From Spirochaetia bacterium (GTDB lineage: Bacteria; Spirochaetota; Spirochaetia; SZUA-6; Bin103): 64,000 nucleotides of DNA. This document shows positions 18,003-28,216 of this stretch, in pieces (within the stretch, counting starts at the first letter, position 1; each line of letters begins with the position of its first letter). The position numbers were made by a program, and so were the translations under genes. The notes under the pieces were generated by a model. The model was given only the letters and a program-made list of their open reading frames with translations. It searched no databases and was not told the DNA's origin. The stretch lies in contig CBDCDL010000002.1 in assembly GCA_965215345.1 (NCBI GenBank), positions 2,250,605 through 2,314,604 of the forward strand. Direction: 5' to 3'.

Positions 18003-20107
18003 GTTAGCCCAAGTTTAACGGGCTGAAACATATCCTGCTACGGGTGCATAAATTAGAAGGTCTCATATCGGCGGGTGGCACTACATTCGCTGCGCAACTG
18101 GTGAGCATCGCTACTCTGCGACCACCGTCCTGATCCCACCGGGGGCCGGATCAGCTCCCAACGCATCGTAGATCGCACGCTGGTCTGGCTCGGCCTCGGT
18201 CGCCTTGCGCACGTGCAGGGTGCGACCGTCAGCACGGCGAAAGGTGGCCGTGACGCGCTGCTGGCCGGCGAGGATGCTGCGCACCGTGCGCCATGAGGCG
18301 TGCTCGCCGTGCTCGCGCAAGCGGCGTCGGATCACCTGCACCAACTGATAGGCCAGCACGGTAATGAACAGATGACCATTGGCGCGATCCGGCTTCTGGT
18401 GGAAGATCGGCCGCAGCCCCAGCTCGGACTTCAGGGATCGAAACACCGCCTCCAGATCGGTCAGCGTGATGTAGGTACGCCACATCGTCTCGGCATCCCA
18501 GTCGGTCTGGTTGCTGCGCAGGCAGTACACCCCCGGATGGGTCAGCTTCGAACCGGCAACCGGGCGTTGTTCCCACTTGATGGCGGTGGCCTTCTCGCCG
18601 CTCTTATCGGTAACCACCTCGATATGGTAATGCTGAGCCGCACCGCTGCTGTTGGTCTTCAGGCGCCCGATGCGCTGCCAGATCCTTTCGGTCTTCTTGT
18701 GCGTCCGCGGCCGAGACAGTCCTTCGTGCAGCTCCTGCAGGTGCTTCTCGAAGCGCTCGGTAGCCCGTTTCAGCATCGCCTGCTCCTTGCCGTGCCGAGC
18801 CTCCGAGTAGCAGTACAGGCGCACTTCGGCGCCGTCCTCCGACCGCACCATCTGCACCTGTATCTCCTGCCGTGAGGCCGTCTGCAGGCGCAGCGCCGCC
18901 TCGGCATCAAATCTTCGGGTGCGCTCGCGACTCACCGCCAAATACCGGTATCCCTGCTCCCGCAGCCATTGCAGATTCTTCTCGGTGGCCGCCCCGCAAT
19001 CCATCACGAGCAGCGCGTGGTCAGGCACCTGCAGGCGCTTGAGCACCCCTTGCAGGACATCCTGTTCGACGACATTGCCAGCCAATACCTCGCTGCGACG
19101 CACGAACCCGCTGCCGTCCAGCACCAGACCCAAGGTCAGCAGCGGACAATCGCTGCGCTTCTCCTTGGAATGACCGCGCTGGGCCAGCGGCTGATCTGCC
19201 GCCTCCCCCTCGAAATAGGAGTTGGTCAGGTCATATAACGTGACAGTCGTTCCCAGGCAGAACAGATCCGTCACTTGCTTGAACAGATGCTGTTCGATCG
19301 CCTGTTGCTGGCCGACCAGCGCGTCGGAGGCGCGGTACAACTGCATCATGCTCATGGTCTCGAAGTCCACCTGCAGCAGTTCGCCCAAGGCGCTGCACTG
19401 CTGCAACCAGCGATAGGTGGCCCGTTCGGAGCCGGGCGCGGCCATGCGGGCGATGATGGAGCCGACCGCCGCAGCGCGCTGCGGGCCGCTCAGACCCAAC
19501 CTGTTGAGCAACGGGATCAACTGCACCTGCTGCATGGCCCATAGGCCGACCTGTTCGACGCCGACGCTGCGTGGCCGCAGCAGTTGCAGAGAAGCGACGT
19601 CGACGCTGTGGAACTCGCTTTCGCCAGCGCTGTCCTCTGGAGAGGAGGCCGCGTGCAGCGGTACTTGACGGGCGATCAACTGCGCGGCGATCCGTTGTGC
19701 TTCCCGCTCGATGGGCGGGCGAATATCGGTGGACAGCAGCGCATCTTGGGGGCTTAGCAGTTGCTTGATGCGCGAGCACAGCAGCGGCCAATCGGCGTGA
19801 GGAAGCGAGAAGTGGCGGCCGAGATTGAGCAGAGTGCGCTGCCGGACGTGGGCGCCGCGGCGTTCAGAACGCACCAAGCGATAGGTAAAGTAGCGGTCGC
19901 CGTTGGCGGTGGCTCGGGTCTGAGTGCGGCGCACGAACATGGCTGACTGAAGGTAGATAGCCGGCAAGAGGCGGTCAATGGCCTCGCTGACTATTATGGC
20001 ACTACTTCGGCCGATCAGCCCATTTTGGAGGCAGAGCCCCCCATAGATTCGCGGAAATCACTCCAACTTCCTGAAATCGCCTGCGCGAGTGTTAAACTTG
20101 GGTTAGC
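18003..20107 (-). mobile_element. IS1634/IS4-family insertion sequence (~2.1 kb) with imperfect terminal inverted repeats
   Basis: Single 618-aa DDE transposase ORF (18111..19967). Terminal IRs GTTAGCCCAAGTTTAAC (18003-18019) and GTTAAACTTGGGTTAGC (20091-20107, reverse complement GCTAACCCAAGTTTAAC), matching 15 of 17 positions. The ends are lower-GC. Confidence 0.75.
18111..19967 (-). CDS. IS1634-family transposase
   Basis: 618 aa; the typical IS1634/IS4 DDE transposase length and sequence pattern (…YFEGE…, …SDCPLLTLGLVLD…). Confidence 0.75.
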   Translation of the reverse strand: MPAIYLQSAMFVRRTQTRATANGDRYFTYRLVRSERRGAHVRQRTLLNLGRHFSLPHADWPLLCSRIKQLLSPQDALLSTDIRPPIEREAQRIAAQLIARQVPLHAASSPEDSAGESEFHSVDVASLQLLRPRSVGVEQVGLWAMQQVQLIPLLNRLGLSGPQRAAAVGSIIARMAAPGSERATYRWLQQCSALGELLQVDFETMSMMQLYRASDALVGQQQAIEQHLFKQVTDLFCLGTTVTLYDLTNSYFEGEAADQPLAQRGHSKEKRSDCPLLTLGLVLDGSGFVRRSEVLAGNVVEQDVLQGVLKRLQVPDHALLVMDCGAATEKNLQWLREQGYRYLAVSRERTRRFDAEAALRLQTASRQEIQVQMVRSEDGAEVRLYCYSEARHGKEQAMLKRATERFEKHLQELHEGLSRPRTHKKTERIWQRIGRLKTNSSGAAQHYHIEVVTDKSGEKATAIKWEQRPVAGSKLTHPGVYCLRSNQTDWDAETMWRTYITLTDLEAVFRSLKSELGLRPIFHQKPDRANGHLFITVLAYQLVQVIRRRLREHGEHASWRTVRSILAGQQRVTATFRRADGRTLHVRKATEAEPDQRAIYDALGADPAPGGIRTVVAE

Positions 20108-21092
20108 TGACGACGTTGCGCGGCGCGCCGCGCAGGAACGCCAGGATGTTGTCGACCGCGCCCCCGTTCAGCAGGTCGACCCCCTCGGGGGTGGTGTCCG
20201 CGCAGTGCGGGGTGAGCACCACCTGCTCGCAGGAAAGCAGTGGGTCATCGCCCGGCAGCGGCTCCTCCGCGAACACGTCCAGGCCGGCTCCGCCCAGGTG
20301 ACCGGAGTCCAGGGCGGCCTTGAGCGCCGCCGCATCGACGATCGGACCGCGCGCGGTGTTGACCAGCAGCGTGCCGGGCCGCATCAGCGCCAGCTCGCGC
20401 GCCCCGATCAGGCCGCGGGTCGTCTCGGTGAGCTTGACGTGGATGCTCACCGCGTCCGCGGTGGACAGCAGCTCGTCCAGCTCCAGGAAGCGCACCCCCA
20501 GCCGCTCCGCCCGTTGCGGCGACGGATGCGGCGTCCAGGCCACCGCCTCCATGCCGAGCGCCCGCCCCAGGCGCGCCACGGCGCTGCCGATGTCGCCGGC
20601 GCCGATCACCCCCAGCGTCTTGCCGCCCAGGTAGCAGTTGTCCATCCGCTCCCACCGGCCCGCCCGCATCGACTCGGTAAAGAAGGCGGTGCGCTTGGCC
20701 ACGGCCATCAGCAGCGCCACCGCGTGCTCGGCGACGATCGGGGCGGTGCGGCCGGGCTGGTTGCAGACCAGGATGCCCAGCTCCCGCGCCACGGCCAGGT
20801 CGATGTTGTCGACGCCGATCGAGCAGGTCGCGATCAGGGCCAGCTTCGGCAGGCGGCGGAGCGCGTCTTCCATCCAGGAAACCTGTGCCCGCGAGTTGAG
20901 GATCACGTCGGCGTCCCGAGCTCGCTCCACCTGCTCCTCGAGTCCGCCGGGCAGGTCGGTGAAGACCGTGACCCGATGCGCATCGAGCCGTCGCAACTGG
21001 GGCGAGTCGGCGATGTGCGGGGGATGATCGCCCGGAATCACGATGTGCGCCGGGTTCCGTGCGGTCCGGTGCGGAGGGGGAGAGGCGCTCAT
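20103..21092 (-). CDS. D-isomer-specific 2-hydroxyacid dehydrogenase (PGDH-like), NAD-binding
   Basis: GKTLGVIGAGDIGSAVA (Rossmann), catalytic-region motifs. The stop codon lies inside the right IR of the IS. Confidence 0.8.
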   Translation of the reverse strand: MSASPPPHRTARNPAHIVIPGDHPPHIADSPQLRRLDAHRVTVFTDLPGGLEEQVERARDADVILNSRAQVSWMEDALRRLPKLALIATCSIGVDNIDLAVARELGILVCNQPGRTAPIVAEHAVALLMAVAKRTAFFTESMRAGRWERMDNCYLGGKTLGVIGAGDIGSAVARLGRALGMEAVAWTPHPSPQRAERLGVRFLELDELLSTADAVSIHVKLTETTRGLIGARELALMRPGTLLVNTARGPIVDAAALKAALDSGHLGGAGLDVFAEEPLPGDDPLLSCEQVVLTPHCADTTPEGVDLLNGGAVDNILAFLRGAPRNVVS

Positions 21093-21131
21093 CGCGGCGA
21101 CAACGTAGGGGTTTGCGCGATCGCCGACAAG

Positions 21132-22004
21132 CTACTTCCAGCGGTGCGGACGCACCTGGTCCCCGTCCAGTCCCAGCCCGTCGCGCAGGCGCTCGAAACG
21201 TGTGCGCGGCGCACCCTGCCACCGCAGGTCGCCGATGGTCTCGGCGATCGGCACGTCGGTCACCAGGGTGGCCAGGCGCTTGTACAGCAACGCCCGGTCG
21301 CGCTCCGCGTTGAGGTTTCGCGCCAGCGCCTCGGCGCCGCGCGGACGCACCGACCACTCGTCCGCATCCTCCGGGATCGCCTCGACGCTGCCGTAGCGGG
21401 CCAGCACCGTCGCCGCCGAGCGGGCGCCCCAGCGCGGGATGCCCGGCAGCCCGTCGGCGCCGTCGCCGACCAGCGCCAGAAAGTCGGGGACGGATGCGGG
21501 CGACACCCCGAAGCGCTCGCGTACGCCGGCCTCGTCACGGCGCGCGCGCCGGATGCGGTCGAAGGTGACGATGCGCTCGCCGTCCACGACCTGCGCCAGG
21601 TCCTTGTCCGGCGAGCAGATCACCACCTGCCCGACCTCCGGCCGCGCGGCGCAGCGCAGCGCAGCCGTGGCCAGGGCGTCGTCGGCCTCGTACTCGTCCA
21701 TCGGCCAGGTGACGATGCCGAGCGCCCGCGACGCCTCCTCGGCCTGATCGAACTGGGCCAGCAGCTCCTCCGGAACGCCGGCGCTCGACTTGTACGGACC
21801 GAAGAGCCGGTTGCGGAACGACTCGATGGGGTTGTCGAAGGCGCAGGCGACGTGGGTCACGTCGCGTTGCCGGAGCAGGGCGGCCAGCGAACGCAGCAGA
21901 CCGGCCACCGCGCCCACTTCCCGGCCCGACGGCGCGCGCAGGGGCGGCGCGCCGTGGTAGGCGCGAAACAGCTCGAAGGTACCGTCGACCAGGTGGACCC
22001 GCAC
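21132..22004 (-). CDS. 5'-3' exonuclease / flap endonuclease (Pol I N-domain-like, Xni/ExoIX family)
   Basis: MRVHLVDGTFELFRAYH... ; acidic-cluster motifs (DEYEADD; SPDKDLAQV) and an H3TH region (GIPRWGARSAATVLARYGSVEAI). Confidence 0.75.
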   Translation of the reverse strand: MRVHLVDGTFELFRAYHGAPPLRAPSGREVGAVAGLLRSLAALLRQRDVTHVACAFDNPIESFRNRLFGPYKSSAGVPEELLAQFDQAEEASRALGIVTWPMDEYEADDALATAALRCAARPEVGQVVICSPDKDLAQVVDGERIVTFDRIRRARRDEAGVRERFGVSPASVPDFLALVGDGADGLPGIPRWGARSAATVLARYGSVEAIPEDADEWSVRPRGAEALARNLNAERDRALLYKRLATLVTDVPIAETIGDLRWQGAPRTRFERLRDGLGLDGDQVRPHRWK

Positions 22005-22031
22005 CGGTCCGTCAGCGCGGGGGAGGGCCCC

Positions 22032-22617
22032 CTACCACCACCCCATCTTGTCGCGCAGCGTGTTGACGTGGGCGATGTGGTGCCGTCCGTGCCACGCGTA
22101 GCTCTGCACGATCCAGCTCACGGTGATCACTCCCTGCTCGGGGTGATTCAGGGTGCGCTTGAACGCCTCTTCCTCCGCGGCGCGCAGCGTAGCCACCCAC
22201 CGGGCGTGCAGCGCCTCCAGCAGGCTCATGGACGATTCGATGGGGGCGGCCGAGCCGTCCGGCAACTCTGCCCAGGCGGCCTGGTCATAAGGCTTGATCG
22301 TCGGCTCCTCCTCGGTGAGGGCCAGCTTGGTCCGCACGTAGGCGTTCAGGTGGCTGTCGGCCAGATGGTGCACGACCTGCCGCACGGTCCAACCGTCCGG
22401 CCGGTAGGGGGTGTCGAGCTGCCGCTCGGACAAATCCTGAACCAGGGCGCGCAACTCGCCGGGAACCCGGCCGATCTGGTCGATCCAGCCCTTGTGCTTG
22501 GCGCGGGTAGGCTGCGGATCCTCCTCGAACCTGCCGATCGGGAACCGGAGGGCCTCCAGCCGCGAGTCGTCGATGACCGTGCCGGCGCTTGTCGTATCGT
22601 TCGCGTAGTCTTCCACT
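22032..22617 (-). CDS. DinB/YfiT-like (DinB_2 superfamily) putative metal-dependent hydrolase/thiol transferase
   Basis: C-terminal ...SYAWHGRHHIAHVNTLR... His triad pattern. GTG start. Confidence 0.5.
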
Positions 22618-22676
22618 GACAAGTGTATACTGCCGCGAGGGGCCTTCCGTCGAGCCGTGCTATCGTCAGGGCCGTC

Positions 22677-23753
22677 ATGGCACACCTGTTCGGGCGGACC
22701 TTCACGCGGGACGAGCTGCTCGATCTCGTCGGCGACATGAGCCAGGTTGCGGCCGTGCGGCGCGCCGAGCTGGTCGAAGGCAACGAGCGCGGCTCCGGTC
22801 TGATCGAGGTCACCAACGCCTCCGGCCTGTCCTTTTCGCTGCTGCCGGGCCGCGCCCTGGATATCGCCTCCGCCTTCTACCGCGGGATGTCGCTCTGTTT
22901 CCGCGGCAACACCGGCGATGTGGGGCCGGCCTTCTACGAACCGCCGGGCTACGGCTGGATGCGCGGTTTCTACGGGGGAATGCTGACCACCTGCGGGATG
23001 ACGTTCGTCGGCCACCCGGAGGTGGACCCGGAGGTGGAGAACGAGGAGCTCGGCCTGCACGGCCGCCTGTCCTTCCTGCCGGCCAAGCAGGTGCGCGCCG
23101 GCGGCCGCTGGCAGGGGGACGACTACGTCATGGAGGCCACGGGCACGATTCGCGAGGCGGTGGTGTTCGGCGCCTGCCTGGAGCTGTCGCGTACGGTGTC
23201 GACCACGCTGGGCGAGCGCCGCATCCGCGTCCACGACCGGGTGGAGAACCTGGCCGCCGAACGCTCACCGCTGATGATGCTGTACCACATGAACCCGGGG
23301 TTCCCGCTCCTGGATGCGGGCGCCCGGCTGGTGGTGAACAGCGAACGCACCACGCGGTGGCAGGACGATGTCGAGGTCGGGCCCGACGTGTACGCGGCGG
23401 CTGCGCCGCCGCAGCCGGGCGGGGGTGACGTGGTGTACGTGCACCGGCCGGTCGCGGACGCCGACGGCATGGCGAGCGCGGCGCTGCTCAACGAGCAACT
23501 CGGCCTGGGGCTCCGCGTTCGCTTCCCGAAGGTCGAGGTGCCGCTGCTGACGCAGTGGCAGCACTTCGCGACCCGCACCTACGTCACCGGCATCGAGCCC
23601 GGCAACTGCAGCCCGTTGGGCCGCGCCTGGAACCGCGCGAATGGCTACCTCGAGCACATCGAGCCGGGCGAGGTGCGCGACTTCCACATGGAGATCACCG
23701 TGCTCGACGGCGCCAAGGAGCTGGCTGCCGCCGAGCGCGAAGTCGCCGGGTGA
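22677..23753 (+). CDS. DUF4432-like protein (aldose-1-epimerase-like fold), function unknown
   Basis: ~358 aa; the composition is protein-like and recalled to be similar to DUF4432 proteins. Start chosen at MAHLFG. Confidence 0.4.
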   Translation: MAHLFGRTFTRDELLDLVGDMSQVAAVRRAELVEGNERGSGLIEVTNASGLSFSLLPGRALDIASAFYRGMSLCFRGNTGDVGPAFYEPPGYGWMRGFYGGMLTTCGMTFVGHPEVDPEVENEELGLHGRLSFLPAKQVRAGGRWQGDDYVMEATGTIREAVVFGACLELSRTVSTTLGERRIRVHDRVENLAAERSPLMMLYHMNPGFPLLDAGARLVVNSERTTRWQDDVEVGPDVYAAAAPPQPGGGDVVYVHRPVADADGMASAALLNEQLGLGLRVRFPKVEVPLLTQWQHFATRTYVTGIEPGNCSPLGRAWNRANGYLEHIEPGEVRDFHMEITVLDGAKELAAAEREVAG

Positions 23754-23900
23754 CGCCCGCGCGCGCGGCCCTCGCCTTGACGCGGGAGAGCGCGCGGCTA
23801 TGATTGGGGCCGGTTCGGCCGCATCTCCGAGTCCGCCGCTCCGGGGACCCGGGCAGGCAATGACGAACCGAACAATGACAAAACCGAAAAGAGGTTCGCT

Positions 23901-25943
23901 GTGAGCAAGACGCTACTGATCGCATGCGCGCTCGTGCTGGCGCTGCCGTTCTCGGCATTCGCTACCGGCACGGAGGAAGAAGATGGCGATGGTTCGGCCG
24001 CGGCCGCCGATCGTACCACGTTCGACCACGAGTGGAACGACATCCGCTACTACAACACCATCGCCGACTACGCCAACGCCACCGGCAAGACCATCACCTC
24101 GTTCCAGGAGGCGCCGATGCTGGCCGACATGGTGGCCGCCGGCGACCTGCCGCCGGTTGACGAGCGCCTGCCGGACGAGCCGTACGTGGTCGTGCCCTAT
24201 CAGGAGATCGGCCAGTACGGCGGCTACGCCTACGTGGGCCGCGACGGTACCGGCCACTGGGGCGACGGCCACCTGCTGATCGGCATCGAGCAGTTGAACC
24301 GCATCGCCGGCGACCTCTCGACCCAGTCGCCGAACGTCGCGACGCATCACGAGCTGTCGGACGACGCCAGGGTGCTCACTGTGAAGCTGCGCGAGGGCAT
24401 CAAGTGGTCCACCGGCGAGCCGTTCACCACCGATGACATCAAGTTCTGGTACGAGGACATCGTCCTCAACGAGGAGCTCACGCCGAATCCGGCCCGCTTC
24501 CTGCAGCCGGGGGGCGAGTTGATGAAGATGAACTTCATCGACGACTACACCTTTCAGTTCGCGTTCGCCGTCCCCAATCCGGTGGCGGTCGAGTGGCTGC
24601 CCCATCCGAACCGCGGGGTGACGCCGATCAAGCACGCCAAGCACTACTTCAGCCAGTTCCATCCCACGTACGTGGGCGCAAAGAAGGCCGAGGAGCTGGC
24701 CAGGGAAGCCGGCTTCGAGAGCTGGGTCCAGCACTTCAGCGATCTGAACAATTCCTGGAGCGAGCTGCCCAAGTTCAATACGGATCGGCCCATGCTCACC
24801 GCCTACCGGCTGGCGGAGATCGGCACCGACCTGGCGCGCTGGGAGCGCAACGCCTACTACTGGAAGATCGACGTCGAAGGCAACCAGCTCCCCTACATGG
24901 ACGGCATCAACGCCGAGGTGTTCCAGGATTTGCAGGTGTTCGCGGGCAAGATCATCGCCGGTGAGATGACCATGTCGATCGGCTGGTACGCCCCCCTGAG
25001 CGACTACCCGCTGTTGAAGCAGAACGAGGAGGCCGGCGACTACACCGTCGAACTGTGGCCCAGTCTGGAGGGCTCCGCGCAGTTGTTCCAGGTCAACCGC
25101 ACGGTCGAGGACCCCGTGCTGGCCCCGATCTTTGCCGACAGCCGCTTCTCGCAGGCCCTGTCGCTGGCGCTCGATCGCGACGAGATCAACGAGGTGGTGT
25201 TCCAGGGCCTGGGCACGCCGCGGCAGCACACGTTGATCAGGGAGTCGATCTACTTCGAGCCGCAGTTCGCCGCGGCATACGCCGAGCACGACCTGGAGCG
25301 CGCCAACCGGCTCATGGACGAACTGGGGCTGGCCTGGGACGCCAACCAGGAGTGGCGCCTGCTGCCCGACGGCAAGCGCTTCTCGGTGGTCATGGACACC
25401 GGCAACGCCGTCCTGCCCATTCACGAGCTGGCGGTGGAGCAGTGGAAGGAGATCGGCCTCGATGTGACCATGAAGAGCTTCTCCTACCAGCAGAGCGAGG
25501 AGCGCTCCAAGACCAACCAGATGCAGCTCTACGGCGGCTCGGCGGGATTCAACGCCCGCTCGGAGGCGTTCGTGGCCTCCCCGCTGTTCTTCGTCCCGCA
25601 GCGCCAGGGCTGGGAGAACCCGTGGGGCAACCAGTGGGCGCTCTGGTACGTCTCCGGCGGCGAGAACGGCATCGAGCCGCCCGACGAGGTCAAGCGCAAC
25701 ATCGAGCGCTGGGAAGGCATGATCGCGACCCGCGATCTCGACGAGAAGACCCGGCTGGGCAAGGGGATTCTCGCCTCGCAGGCGGACAACCTGTGGGTGA
25801 TCGGCACGGTCGGCGAGGTGCCGCTGCCGATGCCGCGCAGCAACAAGCTGCGCAACTTCCCGGAGCGGGGCGGCCACGACTGGTCGATCGGCTCCTGGAC
25901 CGGCCCGCAGCACCCCTCCCAGTTCTACCTGGTGCAGGAATAG
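23901..25943 (+). CDS. ABC transporter substrate-binding protein, family 5 (oligopeptide/nickel OppA-like), secreted
   Basis: N-terminal signal peptide (MSKTLLIACALVLALPFSAFA). The length (~680 aa) and motifs are typical of SBP family 5. GTG start with an AAGAGG RBS. Confidence 0.75.
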   Translation: MSKTLLIACALVLALPFSAFATGTEEEDGDGSAAAADRTTFDHEWNDIRYYNTIADYANATGKTITSFQEAPMLADMVAAGDLPPVDERLPDEPYVVVPYQEIGQYGGYAYVGRDGTGHWGDGHLLIGIEQLNRIAGDLSTQSPNVATHHELSDDARVLTVKLREGIKWSTGEPFTTDDIKFWYEDIVLNEELTPNPARFLQPGGELMKMNFIDDYTFQFAFAVPNPVAVEWLPHPNRGVTPIKHAKHYFSQFHPTYVGAKKAEELAREAGFESWVQHFSDLNNSWSELPKFNTDRPMLTAYRLAEIGTDLARWERNAYYWKIDVEGNQLPYMDGINAEVFQDLQVFAGKIIAGEMTMSIGWYAPLSDYPLLKQNEEAGDYTVELWPSLEGSAQLFQVNRTVEDPVLAPIFADSRFSQALSLALDRDEINEVVFQGLGTPRQHTLIRESIYFEPQFAAAYAEHDLERANRLMDELGLAWDANQEWRLLPDGKRFSVVMDTGNAVLPIHELAVEQWKEIGLDVTMKSFSYQQSEERSKTNQMQLYGGSAGFNARSEAFVASPLFFVPQRQGWENPWGNQWALWYVSGGENGIEPPDEVKRNIERWEGMIATRDLDEKTRLGKGILASQADNLWVIGTVGEVPLPMPRSNKLRNFPERGGHDWSIGSWTGPQHPSQFYLVQE

Positions 25944-26047
25944 GCGCGCCACGCATCGCCGCGGCGCATGGCCGACGGCCGTCCGGATCGGGCCGGCTCA
26001 CCTGAGCATCGCCCGGCCTGGCGGCCGTTCGTCTGTCCCGGAGTCCC

Positions 26048-27049
26048 ATGGGACCGTTGATACTCCGCCGTACGCTCTACATGATCGTCTCGCTCTGGGC
26101 GATCTCCATCGTGGCGTTCGTGGTCATCCAACTGCCGCCGGGTGACTTCGTCGACACCATGATCCTCAGCATGGAGCAGCAGACCGGGGAAGAGGTCGAG
26201 GAAGAGGAGGTCGCCAAGCTCAAGCGGCTGTACGGGCTGGATCGGCCGCTGGTGCCGCGTTACTTCGCCTGGATCGGCAAGATCGTGCTGCACGGCGACT
26301 TCGGCCGCTCGTTCGCGTTCAACAAGCCGACCGCGGAGTTGCTCGCCGAGCGGGTTCCGTTGACCATGCTCATCACCATCCTGACGCTGGTGGTGACCTA
26401 TCTCATCGCCATCCCGATCGGCATCTACTCGGCCACCCATCAGCACTCCTGGGCCGACCATCTGTTCAGCGGGGTAGGCTTCATGGGACTGGCCACCCCG
26501 AACTTCGCCCTGGCGCTGGTGCTGATGTGGCTGGGCTTTCGCTACTTCGACGTCTCCATCGGGGGACTGTTCTCGACCGAGTACCGGCTGGCGCCGTGGT
26601 CGTGGGCGAAGCTGTGGGACGCCGTCAAGCACCTGCCGGTACCGTTGCTGGTGATCGGCACCGCCGGCACCGCCGGGCTGATCCGGGTGATGCGCGGCAC
26701 GCTGCTGGACGAGCTCGGCAAGCAGTACGTGATCACGGCCCGCGCCAAGGGGGTGGACGAGCGGCGCCTCCTGTTCCGCTACCCGGTGCGCATCGCCATC
26801 AACCCGCTGATCAGCACCGTCGGCTGGCTGCTGCCGGCCATCGTCTCCGGCGAGGCGATCACCGCCATCGTGCTCAACCTGCCTACCACCGGGCCGATGC
26901 TGCTGCGCGCGCTGCTGTTCCAGGACACTTACCTGGCCGGCAGCACGGTGCTGTTCCTGGGCGCGCTGACCGTGATCGGCACCTTTCTTTCCGACCTGGC
27001 GCTGGTGTGGGTGGATCCCCGCATCCGCTTCGAGCGAGTCGCGGCATGA
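26048..27049 (+). CDS. ABC transporter permease (DppB/OppB-like)
   Basis: Multiple TM helices and an EAA-like loop. It is adjacent to the binding-protein gene. Confidence 0.8.
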   Translation: MGPLILRRTLYMIVSLWAISIVAFVVIQLPPGDFVDTMILSMEQQTGEEVEEEEVAKLKRLYGLDRPLVPRYFAWIGKIVLHGDFGRSFAFNKPTAELLAERVPLTMLITILTLVVTYLIAIPIGIYSATHQHSWADHLFSGVGFMGLATPNFALALVLMWLGFRYFDVSIGGLFSTEYRLAPWSWAKLWDAVKHLPVPLLVIGTAGTAGLIRVMRGTLLDELGKQYVITARAKGVDERRLLFRYPVRIAINPLISTVGWLLPAIVSGEAITAIVLNLPTTGPMLLRALLFQDTYLAGSTVLFLGALTVIGTFLSDLALVWVDPRIRFERVAA

Positions 27050-28176
27050 GCAGCACGGAACGCGGCGCCGCCGGCCAAGGCGCCCCTGCCGTCCGGGAGG
27101 AACGCTACTACGTCGCATCGCAGTGGCAGTTGATGTGGCGGAAATTCCGCCGCCACCGCATGGCCCTGATCGGTGGTAGCGTGCTGCTGTTCCTGTACCT
27201 GACCACCGCCGTGGCCGGCTTTCTCAGCCCGTACGAGAAAGCCACCCGCGATGCACACTACGTGCTGGCGCCCCCGCAGCGGGTGCGCCTGTTTCACGAC
27301 GGACGGTTCGTCGGGCCGTTCGTGTACGCGCTGGAGAGGACCCGCGACCCGGAGACCCTGCAGCGCATCTACACCGAGGACCGCAGCGCTCCGCATCGCA
27401 TCCGGTTGTTCGTGCGCACCGATCCGTACAAGTTCCTGGGCTTCATCCGCACGGACCTGCACCTGTTCGGGGTAGCGCCGCCCGCCACGCTCTACCTGTT
27501 CGGGACCGACGAGCTGGGGCGCGACCTTCTCTCCCGGGTGTTCCATGCCGGCCGGGTGTCCCTGTCGGTGGGACTGATCGGCGTGATCATCAGTTTCCTG
27601 CTGGGCGTGATTATCGGCGGCATCTCCGGGTACGTCGGCGGGGCGGTGGACACGGTGATCCAGCGCATCATCGAGTTCCTGATCAGCGTCCCGACGTTGC
27701 CGCTGTGGATGGGTTTGACGGCGGCCCTGCCGCCGAAGTGGCCGGCCCTGCGCGTGTACTTCGGGGTCACGATCATCCTGTCGATCCTGGGCTGGACCGG
27801 ACTGGCGCGCGTGGTGCGCGGCAAGCTGCTGGAGTTGCGCAGCGCCGACTTCGTGCTCGCCGCGCGGGTGAGCGGCGCCACCGGCGGGGCGATCGTCCGC
27901 CGCCACCTGCTGCCGTCGTTCCTGAGCTACCAGATCGTCCATCTGACCCTGGCGGTGCCGAACATGATCCTGGGAGAAACGGCGCTGAGCTTCATCGGGT
28001 TGGGCCTGAAGGCGCCGGTGGTGAGTTGGGGCGTGCTGCTCACCGATGCCCAGAACTTCCGCACGGTCGCCCTCAGCCCCTGGCTGCTGATCCCGGTCCT
28101 GTTCGTGGTGGTCACGGTCATGGCCTTCATGTTCCTGGGTGACGGCTTGCGCGACGCCGCCGACCCGTACAAGTGA
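27046..28176 (+). CDS. ABC transporter permease (DppC/OppC-like)
   Basis: ATGA overlap with the upstream permease gene. TM-rich. Confidence 0.8.
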   Translation: MSSTERGAAGQGAPAVREERYYVASQWQLMWRKFRRHRMALIGGSVLLFLYLTTAVAGFLSPYEKATRDAHYVLAPPQRVRLFHDGRFVGPFVYALERTRDPETLQRIYTEDRSAPHRIRLFVRTDPYKFLGFIRTDLHLFGVAPPATLYLFGTDELGRDLLSRVFHAGRVSLSVGLIGVIISFLLGVIIGGISGYVGGAVDTVIQRIIEFLISVPTLPLWMGLTAALPPKWPALRVYFGVTIILSILGWTGLARVVRGKLLELRSADFVLAARVSGATGGAIVRRHLLPSFLSYQIVHLTLAVPNMILGETALSFIGLGLKAPVVSWGVLLTDAQNFRTVALSPWLLIPVLFVVVTVMAFMFLGDGLRDAADPYK

Positions 28177-28216
28177 GCCCACGTGCCCGAACCCAGCCGC
28201 GGTGGAGGATGACGCG

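Noticed and set aside
26527-27045. 549-aa ORF 26527..28176 suggesting a fused permease
   Set aside because: The first ~170 codons are an out-of-frame read through permease 1. The real second permease starts at ATG 27046, overlapping the first permease stop.
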